Below, in pieces: positions 35,661 through 47,421 of a stretch of 64,000 nucleotides of DNA. Origin of the DNA: an uncultured Candidatus Rokubacteria bacterium (GTDB taxonomy: Bacteria > Methylomirabilota > Methylomirabilia > Rokubacteriales > CSP1-6); contig CAVVEU010000024.1 in assembly GCA_963747235.1 (NCBI GenBank), positions 512,001-576,000 on the forward strand, in the 5' to 3' direction. The notes beneath the pieces were generated by a model. It was not told the origin of the DNA, did no database searches, and saw only the letters and a program-made list of their open reading frames with translations. Each line of letters starts with the position of its first letter. The first letter of the stretch is position 1. Position numbers and translations under genes: made by a program.

Positions 35661-36638
35661 ATGATCGTGACGACCCGAAGGGTATACGTGCTGGCCGCCG
35701 CGCTGTTGCTCAGCCTGGCTCTGGCGGCGCCCGGCCACGCCCAGGACAAGGTGGGGCTGATCTTCTCCGCCGGCCCCACCGGCGGAACCTGGACGCCCAT
35801 GGCCGCGGCCACCGCTGACGTGATCAAGAAGAAATTCCCCGAGCTCGACGTCCAAGTCGAGCCGGGCGCCGCCCTCGTCAACATGGAGAAGATCCGCAAC
35901 GACAAGGCCGACATCGGCTGGTCCATGACCACCGTGCTCGCCGACGCGCGCGCGGGGGTGAACACCTGGAAGGGGAAGCAGACCGACAAGCCCCTCATCG
36001 TCGCCAACTACTACCCGAACGTCTGGCAGCTCATCGTCCCTGTCGACAGCGATGTTCGGAAGCTCGAGGATTTGAAGGGCAAGGCGGTGGCGCTCCCGCC
36101 CCGCGGCAACACCAGCCTCGCCGAGGGGTGGGAACTGCTCCTCAAGGTCGTCGGCATGAAGCTCGACGACCTCGGGACCAAGAGCTACGGCTCGATCACC
36201 GAGAACGGCGAGCTGATCAAGAACCGGCAGGCGGTAGCCATGGGGTGGTACACCGTCGTCCCGGCCTCGTTCGTGCTGGATGTCGGCTCATCGCGGAAGC
36301 TGCGGATGGTGGGCCTGACCGAGGACACGATCAAGAAGATGCAGGCTCTCAACGCCGGATTCATCCGCCACGTGGTCCCGAAGGGCACGTACGGCGCCTA
36401 CGGTGTCGAGGAGGACGTGGTGACGATCCAGGCCCCGACCATCCTGATCGCCTCGTCCAAGACGCCCGCCGACGCGATCTACAAGGTCACCAAGGCCATC
36501 GTCGAGGGCCGGGACGCCTTCGGCCACGTGAGCTCGGTCATGAAGGGCACCACTCCGCAGCACTTCGCCGAGTCGTTCGGCATGCCCCGGCACCCCGGGG
36601 CGGAGCGCTACTATCGCGAAGCCGGCCTCCTGAAGTAG
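35661..36638 (+). CDS. TAXI-family TRAP transporter solute-binding protein
   Basis: Signal peptide, AGPTGGTW, DLKGK, HPGAERYYRE. Confidence 0.9.
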   Translation: MIVTTRRVYVLAAALLLSLALAAPGHAQDKVGLIFSAGPTGGTWTPMAAATADVIKKKFPELDVQVEPGAALVNMEKIRNDKADIGWSMTTVLADARAGVNTWKGKQTDKPLIVANYYPNVWQLIVPVDSDVRKLEDLKGKAVALPPRGNTSLAEGWELLLKVVGMKLDDLGTKSYGSITENGELIKNRQAVAMGWYTVVPASFVLDVGSSRKLRMVGLTEDTIKKMQALNAGFIRHVVPKGTYGAYGVEEDVVTIQAPTILIASSKTPADAIYKVTKAIVEGRDAFGHVSSVMKGTTPQHFAESFGMPRHPGAERYYREAGLLK

Positions 36639-36645
36639 TCGCTCG

Positions 36646-38532
36646 GTGCGCAAGCTCGCCGGCTACTCCGGGCTGGTCGTCGGCGTGGTGGGGGTCTTCA
36701 TGTCCCTCTACCACGTCTACGCCCGGCTCACCCCCGCGGCGCCGGACAGCTTGGCGCTGCGGATCATTACGCTCGCGTTCAGCCTGGTTCTCGCGTTCCT
36801 GCTCTTTCCGGCGCGCAAGGGCGGCCCGTCCGATCGGATCCCGTGGACCGACCTGGCCTGGGCCGCCCTGTCGCTCGTCTGCACCGCCTACCTGTTCGTC
36901 CGGTACGAGTACGTCAACAGCCGCTTCCCCACCGCCGACCCGTTGAGCGCCGTGGACATGGCGGTGGCGGCGCTCGCGGTGATCCTGGTCCTCGACGCGA
37001 CGCGGCGGACAATCGGGGCCGCCCTGCCCATCGTCGCCCTGTCCTTCATCGTCTACGCCCTCGCGGGCCCCTGGATGCCCGGAGCCCTCCATCACCGCGG
37101 GCTCACGCTCGAGATCCTCCTCGACCAGACCTTCTTCACCAGCGAGGGCATCTTCGGGATCCCGCTCGGCGTGGCCGGCTCGTACGTCATCCTCTTCATC
37201 ATCTTCGGCGCGTTCCTCGAGAAGTCGGGGGCGGGCCAGTTCTTCATGAACTTCGCCAACGCCCTCGCGGGGGGCGCGCGCGGCGGCCCCGGCAAGGTCG
37301 CGGTGGTGTCCTCGAGCCTGTTCGGGACCATCTCGGGTTCCGCGGTCGCCAACGTCATGGTGGACGGCTGGCTGACCATCCCGATGATGAAGCGGACCGG
37401 CTTCAAGCCGGAGGCGGCGGCCGCCATCGAGGCGGTGGCCTCCACCGGCGGCCAGATCATGCCGCCCATCATGGGGGCGGCCGCCTTCGTGATGGCCGAG
37501 TTCCTCGGCGTCTCCTACGGCTCCATCATGCTCGCCGCCATGATCCCCGCGCTGTTCTACTACGGGGCCCTCTTCGCGGCCATCCACTTCAACGCGATCC
37601 GCAGCGGCCTGCGGGGCATCCCCCGGGAAGAGCTGCCCGTGCTCGGGCACATCATGGTGCGGCAAGGCCACCTCTTCATCCCGCTCGTGGTCATCTTCGT
37701 CCTGCTCCTGCAGGGGTTCACCGCCACCTACGCGGCCATCATCTCGTCGGTGTCGGTGATCCTGCTGTCCTGGCTTCGCGCGGAGAGCCGGATCACGCTT
37801 CGGCGCGCGATCGACGCGCTCCGGGACGGCGCGGAGCAGACGGTGCCGGTGGCGATGGCCACCGCGGCCGCGGGCATCGTCATCGGGGTGGTGCTCCAGA
37901 CCGGGCTGGCCATCCGGTTCACGAGCTTCCTGGTCGGCATCTCGGGCACGAGCCTCCTTCTCGCCCTCTTCATCACCATGTGCGCCGCGATCATCCTCGG
38001 CATGGGGATGCCGACGACACCCGCCTACATCATGCTCGCCGCGCTGCTGATCCCCGCGCTCATCAAGCTCGGGGTGACCCCGATGGCCGCGCACATGTTC
38101 GGCTTCTACTTCGCGTGCCTCTCCGCGGTCACGCCGCCGGTGGCCCTGGCGGTCTACGCTGCTGCGTCGATCGGCAAGTCCGGCCTGTGGGGGTCCGGGT
38201 TACAGGCGGTCAAGTTCGCCGCCGCCGGGTTCATCGTTCCGTATTTCTTCGTCTACAACCCGGCCCTCCTCTTCTCGGGCCCGTGGATCGAGATCGGCCG
38301 CGCCATCCTCACCGGCACCATCGGCGTGATCGCGCTCGCGGCGGGGCTCGAGGGCTACTTCATCCGGGTCGCCCGGCCGTGGGAGCGCGCGATCTTCGTC
38401 GCGGCCGCCCTGTGCCTCATCGATCCGGGGCTGATCACCGACGTGATCGGGCTGGGCCTGCTTCTGGCCGGTCTTGCCCTGCAGAAGCTCCGGCCGGCGA
38501 TCATGATCGCCCAGCCGGTGAGACCGTCGTGA
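36646..38532 (+). CDS. TRAP transporter fused (4TM/12TM) permease
   Basis: GGPGKVAV, SGSAVANV, ASTGGQIMPPIMGAAAF, GMGMPTTPAY, TPPVALA. Confidence 0.93.
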   Translation: MRKLAGYSGLVVGVVGVFMSLYHVYARLTPAAPDSLALRIITLAFSLVLAFLLFPARKGGPSDRIPWTDLAWAALSLVCTAYLFVRYEYVNSRFPTADPLSAVDMAVAALAVILVLDATRRTIGAALPIVALSFIVYALAGPWMPGALHHRGLTLEILLDQTFFTSEGIFGIPLGVAGSYVILFIIFGAFLEKSGAGQFFMNFANALAGGARGGPGKVAVVSSSLFGTISGSAVANVMVDGWLTIPMMKRTGFKPEAAAAIEAVASTGGQIMPPIMGAAAFVMAEFLGVSYGSIMLAAMIPALFYYGALFAAIHFNAIRSGLRGIPREELPVLGHIMVRQGHLFIPLVVIFVLLLQGFTATYAAIISSVSVILLSWLRAESRITLRRAIDALRDGAEQTVPVAMATAAAGIVIGVVLQTGLAIRFTSFLVGISGTSLLLALFITMCAAIILGMGMPTTPAYIMLAALLIPALIKLGVTPMAAHMFGFYFACLSAVTPPVALAVYAAASIGKSGLWGSGLQAVKFAAAGFIVPYFFVYNPALLFSGPWIEIGRAILTGTIGVIALAAGLEGYFIRVARPWERAIFVAAALCLIDPGLITDVIGLGLLLAGLALQKLRPAIMIAQPVRPS

Positions 38533-38621
38533 GCCGGGCCGCGCAGGCTGCCCTGACGTTGATCGCGGCAACGCTGCTCGTCGGCACCGTGCTCTACGGG
38601 GTCCTCCGCGTCTACGCCTGA
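38529..38621 (+). CDS. Putative 30-aa single-TM small protein
   Basis: GTGA overlap with permease stop; hydrophobic LTLIAATLLVGTVLYGVL. Confidence 0.45.
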   Translation: MSRAAQAALTLIAATLLVGTVLYGVLRVYA

Positions 38622-38642
38622 CCCGTGTGGCCCGCGAATTGC

Positions 38643-38672
38643 TTGACAGACGCCCGTCGCGCGGCATACAGT
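38643..38672 (+). promoter_or_regulatory. Sigma70 promoter of ABC operon
   Basis: TTGACA-N18-TACAGT. Confidence 0.65.
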
Positions 38673-38728
38673 CCGCACACACCTTTCCAGATTTTGTCCC
38701 GACCCGTTACCTCAGTGAGGAGGAGTCC

Positions 38729-40007
38729 ATGGGACCTGTCACTCGCCGTCAGTTCCTGACCACCACCGGAGCCGGCCTCGCCGGCATCCTTGCCACCCGC
38801 GTGCCGCCGGCCCGGGGCCAGCAGCGCGAGATCTCGTACCTCTGCTGGAACAACTTCGCGCCCGCCTCGGACAAGAAGCTGGCCGAGATCGGGCTGCGCT
38901 TCACCAAGGACACCGGGATCAAGCTCAAGATCGACCACATCTCCCACATGGGCCCCCAGCAGGCCAAGTACGCCTCCGAGGTGCAGACCCAGGCCGGGCA
39001 CGACATGGTCGAGATGCGCATGCACTTCCCGTGGCTCTACGAGCCGCAGCTCGTGGACGTCTCCGACGTGGTGGCCGGCCTCGAGAAGCAGTACGGGAAG
39101 GCCATCGCCTCCTCGTACGAGGGGGCGCACGTCAAGGGCGTGTGGCGCGCGGTCCCGCAGTACCACGGCATGTTCGTGGCCACCTACCGCGAGGACCTCT
39201 TCAAGAAGGCGAGCCTCAAGGTGCCGGACACCTGGGAAGATCTCTACACGGTCGGCAAGGAGCTCAAGAAGATGGGGAATCCGGTGGGGATCCCCATCTC
39301 GCAGAACTACGATTCGATCTCCACCGCGGGGCCCGTGCTGTGGTCGTTCGGCGGCATGGAGGTGGACAAGGACGGCAAGACGGTGCGCATCAACTCGCCC
39401 GCCACCGTGCAGACGATCGAGTGGTACCAGAAGATGTACCGGGACTGCATGGAGCCCGAGGTGCTGTCCTGGTCGGATGCGAGCAACAACGAGTCCATCC
39501 AGCAGGGCAAGGCGGGCTGGATCCACAATCCGGTCTCGGCCTACATCATCGCCAAGCAGCGCAAGCTCGTGACCGCCGACGGCATCAACCACCACCGGAG
39601 CCTGGGCGGCCCTCAGGGGCGCCACGAGACGGACACGCCGCGCCACATCGGCATCTGGAAGTTCTCCAAGAACATCGACGCCGTCCAAGGAGTGGATCCG
39701 CTACCTGCTTGGCAAGCGCGAGAACTACGACGAGTACATCATGGCGGGGGACGCCTTCAACCTGCCCACGTACGAGAAGCTCCAGGACCACCCGGTGCTC
39801 CGGACCGATCCCAAGCTCGCCGCCCTCAAGGGGGAAGGCGTCCAGTACCACACCTACGGCTGGCCGGCGCCGCCCTCGGACAAGGTCCAGCTCATCACCA
39901 ACACCTATCTCCTGCCCAACATGATCGCCAAGGCGGTCACCGGCACCTCGACCAAGGACGCCATCGCCTGGGCCGAGAACGAGATGAAGAAGATCCTGGC
40001 TGGGTGA
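38729..40007 (+). CDS. Carbohydrate-type ABC solute-binding protein, Tat signal (frameshift ~39680)
   Basis: TRRQFL, YREDLF, PDTWEDL; AGGAGG SD. Confidence 0.85.
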
Positions 40008-40065
40008 GGTGAAGCCGACGGCGAGCCGAACGAATATGACAAAGGGGTCAGGGTAGAGACGACAC

Positions 40066-41010
40066 ATGGCGGTCAGAGCCGAGCAAATTCGCGTAACGCC
40101 GGCCCGCCCGGGGTTGGTGGCCCGGGTGAGGGGATTGCTCGACCGCGAGGAGATCCTGGGGCCGGTCTTCGTCACCCCGGCCCTGCTCCTCCTGCTCCTG
40201 CTCGTCGCCTATCCGTTCGTGATGGCGCTCTACTTCTCGATGTCCAACGCCTTCATCGGCCGGCCGAGCGAGTTCATCGGCTTCCGCAACTTCGTGAAGC
40301 TGTGGGACAGCGACGCCTTCCGCCAGACCTTCCAGAACGCCTTCGTCTTCACCGGGATCGCGGTGGTGTTCAAGGTGGTGCTGGGGATCATCCTGGCCCT
40401 GCTCCTCAACGAGCAGCTCTGGTTCAAGCGGATGATCCGCGGGCGTGGTGCTCCTGCCCTGGGTCATCCCCACCGCGCTCAGCACGCTCGGGCTGGTGGT
40501 GGATGTTCAACTCGCTCTACAGCGTGGTGAACTGGACCGGCATCGCCACCGGGCTCATGGATCCGCCCGGGCCCGAACTGGCTCGGCCAGCGGTACTACG
40601 CGATGGCCGCGGTCATCACCGTCAACATCTGGCGCGGGCTGCCGTTCTTCGCGATCACCATCCTGGCGGGCCTGGTGGCCATCCCCAAGGAGCTGTACGA
40701 GGCGGCCGAGGCCGACGGCGCGGGCGCCAATGCCCGCTTCTGGCACATCACCCTGCCGCTGCTCAAGCCGGTGCTCGCGGTGGTGGTGCTCTTCTCCACC
40801 ATCTTCACCTTCAGCGACTTCAACATCGTCTACGTGCTCACCCACGGCGGGCCCATCAACTCCACCCACCTCTTCGCCACGCTGTCGCGCATGATCGGCA
40901 TCGACACCGGGCGGATCGGCGAGGGCGCGGCGATCTCGCTCTACCTCTTCCCGCTGCTCGTCTTCGTGGTCTGGGCCCAGCTCCGCTTCGTGCGGAAGCA
41001 GACGTTCTGA
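40066..41010 (+). CDS. Carbohydrate ABC permease (frameshifts 40440-40580)
   Basis: FIGFRNF, LLPWVIP, ELYEAAEADGA EAA motif. Confidence 0.9.
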
Positions 41011-41017
41011 GCCCGAC

Positions 41018-41863
41018 GTGACCGTCGCGCGCCGGCCGTTCCTGGGGAAGGTCACGAAGCACCTGCTGCTGCTGCCGTTCCTCGTCTTCGCGCTGTTCCC
41101 CTTCTACCACATGACGCTCACGTCGCTGAAGCAGGACCGCGAGCTCTACGATCGCTACGCGGTGCCCCTCATCATCACGCAGGGGCCCACCCTCGAGCAC
41201 TACACCAAGCTCCTCTGGGACACCGAGTTCCTCATCTGGACCAAGAACAGCCTGCTCGTGACCGGCCTGTCCACCGTGGTGTCGGTCGTCATCGGCACCA
41301 TCGCGGCCTACGCGCTCGCCCGGCTGAAGTTCGCCGGGGTCGCCGCCCTCGGTACCGGGATCTTCGTCACCTACCTCGTGCCCACCTCGCTCCTGTTCTT
41401 GCCGCTGGCCCAGGTCATCAACTGGATCGGGATGGGCGATTCGAAGTGGGCGCTCGTGCTGACGTACCCGACCTTCCTGGTGCCGTTCTGCACGTGGCTG
41501 CTCATCGGCTACTTCCGCACGGTCCCCAAGGAGATCGAGGAGTGCGCGATGGTGGACGGGGCCACGCGAATCCAGGCGCTCTGGCGCATCGTGCTGCCCA
41601 TCGCGGTGCCCGGGCTCGTGTGCGCGGCGCTCTTCGCCTTCACGCTCTCGTGGAACGAGTTCATCTACGCGCTCACCTTCACGTCCTCGTCGGATCAGAT
41701 CACCGCCAGCGTGGGCGTCACCACCGAGCTGATTCGCGGGGACATCTACTTCTGGGGCTCGCTCATGGCGGGCGCGGTCCTGGGCTCGGTGCCCATCGTG
41801 ATCCTGTACGTGTTCTTCCTCGACTACTACGTCTCCGGCCTCACCGCCGGCGCGATCAAGTAG
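41018..41863 (+). CDS. Carbohydrate ABC permease
   Basis: AAYALAR, EIEECAMVDGA, SWNEF. Confidence 0.93.
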   Translation: MTVARRPFLGKVTKHLLLLPFLVFALFPFYHMTLTSLKQDRELYDRYAVPLIITQGPTLEHYTKLLWDTEFLIWTKNSLLVTGLSTVVSVVIGTIAAYALARLKFAGVAALGTGIFVTYLVPTSLLFLPLAQVINWIGMGDSKWALVLTYPTFLVPFCTWLLIGYFRTVPKEIEECAMVDGATRIQALWRIVLPIAVPGLVCAALFAFTLSWNEFIYALTFTSSSDQITASVGVTTELIRGDIYFWGSLMAGAVLGSVPIVILYVFFLDYYVSGLTAGAIK

Positions 41864-41906
41864 CTCCAGCCGCCTCCTGGTCCGACCGCCGGCGACCGTC
41901 GGCGCG

Positions 41907-41921
41907 TGGCATCCATCTTGC
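41907..41921 (+). promoter_or_regulatory. Putative sigma54 -24/-12 promoter
   Basis: TGGCAT-CCATC-TTGC upstream of the GNAT gene. Confidence 0.6.
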
Positions 41922-41966
41922 GCGAAACTCCATCTCAGCGATGGAGTGATCGGAAGGATGGAGGCG

Positions 41967-42487
41967 ATGACGGGCGAGGTGATGCAGGACGCGGCACAGT
42001 ACCCGCGCGAGTTGGTGCGGAGATCACGCTCAAGGACGGCTTCTCCGCGCGGATCCGTCCCATCCGACCCGACGACGAGCCCCGGCTCACGGTGCTGCGC
42101 CACCTCCCTCCCGACTGGTACCACTTCTTCGCGAACGTGGACTACGTGCGCCGCCTGGCCCTGGTGGCGGAGCGCGAGACGGTCGCGGGCGTGCAGCTCA
42201 TCGGCGTCGGCCGCTACGAGCCCGGGGAGGAGCCGGACACCGCGGAGGTGGCGTTCGTCGTCGACGATGGCTGGCAGGGCCGCGGTCTGGGCGGCATCCT
42301 GCTGGACGCGGTGCTAAGGGCGGCCGAGGCGCGGGGGATTCACCGCTTCAGCGCCTACGTGCAGGCCGACAACTACCGGATGCTGCGGCTGCTCACCACC
42401 CGGACCCAGGTCGAGGACCGGAAGACGGAGGAAGGGGTCACCGCGCTACGGTTCCGGCGCGTCCCCGCTGACGCCACACCTCGATGA
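41967..42487 (+). CDS. GNAT N-acetyltransferase (Pat-type GNAT domain; frameshift ~42020, possible internal deletion)
   Basis: IRPIRPDDEPRL, IGVGRY, AEVAFVVDDGWQGRGLG, DNYRML. Confidence 0.8.
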
Positions 42488-43091
42488 TCCCGGGCAGGAT
42501 GGACAGGATGATGATCGCGAAGATCACGAGCGAGAAGTTGCGCCGCACCACCGGGATATTGCCGAAGAGGTAGCCGCCCAGCACCAGGCTCAGGATCCAC
42601 AGGAGCGCGCCCGCCACGTTGTAGAAGAGGAAGTGCCCGTACCGCATCCGGCCGATGCCCGCCACGAACGGGGCGAACGTCCGCACGATCGGCACGAACC
42701 GCGCGATCACGATGGTCTTGGCCCCGTAGCGCTCGTAGAACTCGTGGGTGCGGTCGAGATGACGGCGGTTCAGGAACCGCACGCCCTCCCGCCGGAACAC
42801 CCGCGGGCCGAGCCTCGCCCCGATCGCGTAGTTGACGCTGTCCCCCAGGATCGCGGCGGCGCTCAGCAGCGCGATGACCAGCCCGAGGTCGAGGGCCCCG
42901 AGGGCCGCGAAGGTGCCGACCGCGAAGAGCAGCGAGTCGCCGGGCAGGAAGGGCGTCACCACCAGGCCCGTCTCGCAGAAGACGATCAGGAACAGGATCA
43001 GGTAGGTCCAGACCCCGTACTGCTGGATGATCTCGCTGAGATGCCGGTCCAGATGGAGCACGATGTCGACGAGCAGCCACAGGAGATCCAT
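42438..43091 (-). CDS. dedA: DedA family membrane protein
   Basis: FCETGLVVTPFLPGDSLLF, ARFVPIVRTFAPFVAG. Confidence 0.93.
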   Translation of the reverse strand: MDLLWLLVDIVLHLDRHLSEIIQQYGVWTYLILFLIVFCETGLVVTPFLPGDSLLFAVGTFAALGALDLGLVIALLSAAAILGDSVNYAIGARLGPRVFRREGVRFLNRRHLDRTHEFYERYGAKTIVIARFVPIVRTFAPFVAGIGRMRYGHFLFYNVAGALLWILSLVLGGYLFGNIPVVRRNFSLVIFAIIILSILPGIIEVWRQRGRAGTVAR

Positions 43092-43223
43092 GGTCCGACC
43101 ATTGTAGCCTCTGGCCGGGCTCCTGACCGAATTCGCAGCAGCGGCTGCCTGTCGGATGACCAGCGCGGCGCGGCCGCGTGATCCGCGGGGCCGATTTGGC
43201 GCGGTTCCACGCGGGTTCGATGC

Positions 43224-43239
43224 TGGCACAGGGGTTGCT
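43224..43239 (+). promoter_or_regulatory. Putative sigma54 -24/-12 promoter
   Basis: TGGCAC-AGGGG-TTGCT, near-perfect consensus. Confidence 0.7.
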
Positions 43240-43261
43240 CCCGCCGATGGGGCCCAGCCAC

Positions 43262-43576
43262 GTGAGCGAGCGCGTAGATTCCTGCTTGGTGGTCGGCGGC
43301 GGGATCGTCGCCGTTCGCGCCGTGGTGTCGCTGCTGGAGGCGGGCGCCCGCGTCACGGTGGTGAGCCCGTGGCTCGCGCCCGCGCTCCTCGAGGTGGCGC
43401 GCGAGGGCCGGCTCTCCTGGTGGCCGCGGGAGTACGCGTGCGGCGACGTGTCGGGCTTCGCGCGGGTGGTCGCCGCGACCGACGACGCGGAGGTCAACGC
43501 GCGCGTGCTCGCGGAAGCCCGCGAGCGCGGCCTGCCGGTACCCCCGACGCCGCGTCGATCGGCCGACCACCGCTGA
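43262..43576 (+). CDS. Truncated precorrin-2 dehydrogenase (SirC/CysG N-terminal NAD-binding) domain protein
   Basis: CLVVGGGIVA, GARVTVVSP, VAATDD..VN; ends before the usual VNVVD...FxxP segment. Confidence 0.7.
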   Translation: MSERVDSCLVVGGGIVAVRAVVSLLEAGARVTVVSPWLAPALLEVAREGRLSWWPREYACGDVSGFARVVAATDDAEVNARVLAEARERGLPVPPTPRRSADHR

Positions 43577-43612
43577 GGGCGTCCAGCGCCCACTGAAGTT
43601 GGTCCCGGAGGT

Positions 43613-43639
43613 TCGGAAGGGGGCGCAGCCCCCCTCCGA
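43613..43639. repeat. Palindromic hairpin between convergent genes (REP-like or terminator)
   Basis: TCGGAAGGGGGC-GCA-GCCCCCCTCCGA. Confidence 0.55.
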
Positions 43640-43640
43640 G

Positions 43641-44616
<976 letters not shown>

Positions 44617-44620
<4 letters not shown>

Positions 44621-45621
44621 CGCGCCGCGCTCGAGGTGGCGGGGGCCGGGACCGAGAGCCAGCAGCGCGTGGTGTGACGCGGGGCCAGCACCGTCTCGGG
44701 CGGCGTCTGCTCGCGGCACTGGGTCAGCGCCTGCGGGCAGCGCGGGTGAAACGCGCAGCCGGACGGCGGCGCGGCCAGATCCGGCGGCTGGCCCTCGATG
44801 GCGGTCAGGCGCTCGCGGCTGTCGCCCATGCGCGGGATGGACCCGAGCAGCGCCTGGGTGTACGGATGGGCGGGCGCGTCGAAGATGCGGGTCACCGGTC
44901 CCCACTCGACCAGCCGCCCCGCGTACATCACCGCCACCTGGTCGCACATCTTGGCCACGATGCCCAGGTTGTGGGTGATGAAGATCAGGGCCAGCTCGTG
45001 CTGCCGCTGCAGGTCCCGCAGGAGATTCAGGTACTGGGCCTGGATCGTGAGGTCCAGGCTCGTGGTGGGCTCGTCGGCGATGAGCAGCCGGGGGGCGCAG
45101 GAGATCGCGATGGCCCCCACGATGCGCTGGCGCATGCCGCCCGACATCTGGTGGGGGTACTCGCCCACCCGCGCCTCCGGCGCGGAGATGCGCACCGACT
45201 TCAGCAGCTCCTTGGCCCGGCTCCAGGCCCCGGCGCGCCCCACCCCTTCGTGCACGCGGAGCGCCTCCCCGACCTGGTCCCCGACGGTGAAGAGCGGGTT
45301 CAGCGAGGCCATCGGGTCCTGCAGGATCATCGCGATGCGCTTGCCGCGGATGCGCCGCATCTCGGCGTCGGACTTCGCGCGGAGGTCCTCGCCGTCGAAG
45401 AGGATCTCCCCGCCGGTGATGCGGGCCGCGGGCGGCAGCAGGCGCAGGATGGTCAGCGCCAGCGTGCTCTTGCCGGAGCCGGACTCGCCCACGATGCCGA
45501 GCGTGCTGCCCGCCTCCAGCGTGAGCGAGACCTCGTCCACCGCGCGCACCACGCGGGTGCCCCGCGCGCTGACATAGTGGGTCGAGAGGTTGCGCAGCTC
45601 GAGAAGGGGCGGAGCGCTCAC
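44617..45621 (-). CDS. Oligopeptide ABC ATPase (OppD-like)
   Basis: [24 protein letters not shown]. Confidence 0.94.
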
Positions 45622-46502
45622 AGCTGGCGGAGCTGGGGGTCGAGCTTCACGCGGAGCCAGTCACCCAGGAGGTTGGCGGAGAGCACCATGAACATGATGC
45701 AGCAGCCGGGCAGCACGGTGAGCCACCAGTAGCCCGCCATCATGCCCTTCTTGCCGTCGGCGAGCATGAGCCCCCAGGCCGGCTTGGGCGGTGGGACCCC
45801 GACCCCGAGGAAGGACAGGGCCGCTTCCGTCACCACCACCACCCCCAGCATCAGGGTGCCCAGCACGATGGCGGAGTTGAGCACGTTGGGCAGGATGTGC
45901 CGCTTCATGATGGTGCGCCTGGAGCAGCCCGCCACGATGGCGAGGCGGACGAAATCGCGCTCCTTCAGCGAGAGCACCTCGCCGCGGATCACCCGCGCGT
46001 AGCGCGTCCAGTAGACCGCACCCAGGATGATCACGATGTTCATCTCGCTGGGCCCCACCACCGCGGCCAGGAAGATCGCGAAGGTCAGCGCGGGCAGGGC
46101 GAGCCAGGTGTCGGTGATCCGCATGATGACCTGGTCCACCCAGCCGCCCAGGTAGCCGGACAGGATGCCGAGGCCGGTGCCCAGGACGCCCGCCACCAGC
46201 ACCGCGGTGAAGCCCACCACGATGGAGACGCGGGCCCCGAAGATCAGGCGCGAGAGCACGTCGCGGCCCAGGTGATCGCTGCCGAGCAGGAACTTCTCGC
46301 TCCCGCCCTGCTGCCAGAACGGGGGGCGGAAGCGCTCGCCCAGGGCGCCCACCTCGGGATCGTGCGGGGCGAGCACGTTGGCGAAGATCGCCACGAAGAG
46401 CAGACCGCCCAGGATGGACAGCGGGATCAGCGGGAAGCCCTCGGTCCGGAACGCGGCGAGGCGCCCGGCGACGGGGATCGTGGCGGCGCGGCTGCCGTTC
46501 AT
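45618..46502 (-). CDS. Peptide ABC permease (OppC/DppC-like)
   Basis: LGSDHLGRDVLSRLIFGARVS, HILPN, EAALSFLGVG. Confidence 0.93.
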   Translation of the reverse strand: MNGSRAATIPVAGRLAAFRTEGFPLIPLSILGGLLFVAIFANVLAPHDPEVGALGERFRPPFWQQGGSEKFLLGSDHLGRDVLSRLIFGARVSIVVGFTAVLVAGVLGTGLGILSGYLGGWVDQVIMRITDTWLALPALTFAIFLAAVVGPSEMNIVIILGAVYWTRYARVIRGEVLSLKERDFVRLAIVAGCSRRTIMKRHILPNVLNSAIVLGTLMLGVVVVTEAALSFLGVGVPPPKPAWGLMLADGKKGMMAGYWWLTVLPGCCIMFMVLSANLLGDWLRVKLDPQLRQL

Positions 46503-47420
46503 CGGGCGAACCGGATGCGCGGATCGATGACCGCGTAGAGGATGTCGACGAGGAGGCTCACGATCACGACCATGGCTCCATTCAGGATGACGGTCGCCTG
46601 CACGACCGGGAAGTCGCGGAAGGCGATGCCCTCGTAGAGCAGCCGGCCGATGCCGGGCCACGCGAAGACCGTCTCCACCACCACCGCGACGTTGACCATG
46701 ACCACGAGATTGATCCCGGCCAGCGTCAGCACCGGGATGAGCGCGTTCTTGAACGCGTGCTTGCCGATCACGAGCGCTTCCGGCAGCCCCTTGAGCCGGG
46801 CCAGCTTCACGTACTCGGAGCCCAGCACGTCCAGCATGGACGAGCGGGTGAGCCGCATGTGGGCGGCCGCGAAGTACCAGCCGAGCGCGAAGGCGGGCAT
46901 GATCGAGGTGGGCCGCGGTGCCCGAGCCGGAGGACGGGAGCCACCCGAGGTACACCGAGAAGAACAGGATCAGGAGGAGGCCGACCCAGAACGACGGCAG
47001 CGACAGCCCGAGGAGGGCGAACACCTTGCCCGCGCTGTCCCACCACTGGTTGACCCGCACCGCCGCGATGATCCCGGTGGGGATGCCGATCAGGAGCGAG
47101 AAGGCCATCGCCGCGCCGGCGAGCAGGAGCGAGCTGGGCAAGCGCGAGAGATAGAGCTCGAGGACCGGGGTGCGGTAGTAGAAGGAGTGGCCGAGGTCGC
47201 CGCGCACCAGGCTCGAGGCGAAGTGGCCGTACTGCACCCAGATCGGGCGGTCGAGGCCGAACTGCTGGCGGATGGCCTCCATGTCGGCCTGGCTGGCCCC
47301 CGGCTCCACCAGGAGCACGGTCGGATCGCCGGTCAGCCGCACGAGCAGGAAGATCGTGATGGACAGGAGGACGAGCGAGATCGCCGCGAAGCCGACCCGC
47401 TTGAGAATGTAGCGCTTCAT
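46499..47420 (-). CDS. Peptide ABC permease (OppB/DppB-like; frameshift ~46905)
   Basis: GLDRP, SLPSFWVG, ARLKGL, VETVFAWPGIG, RDFPVVQ. Confidence 0.92.
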
Positions 47421-47421
47421 G

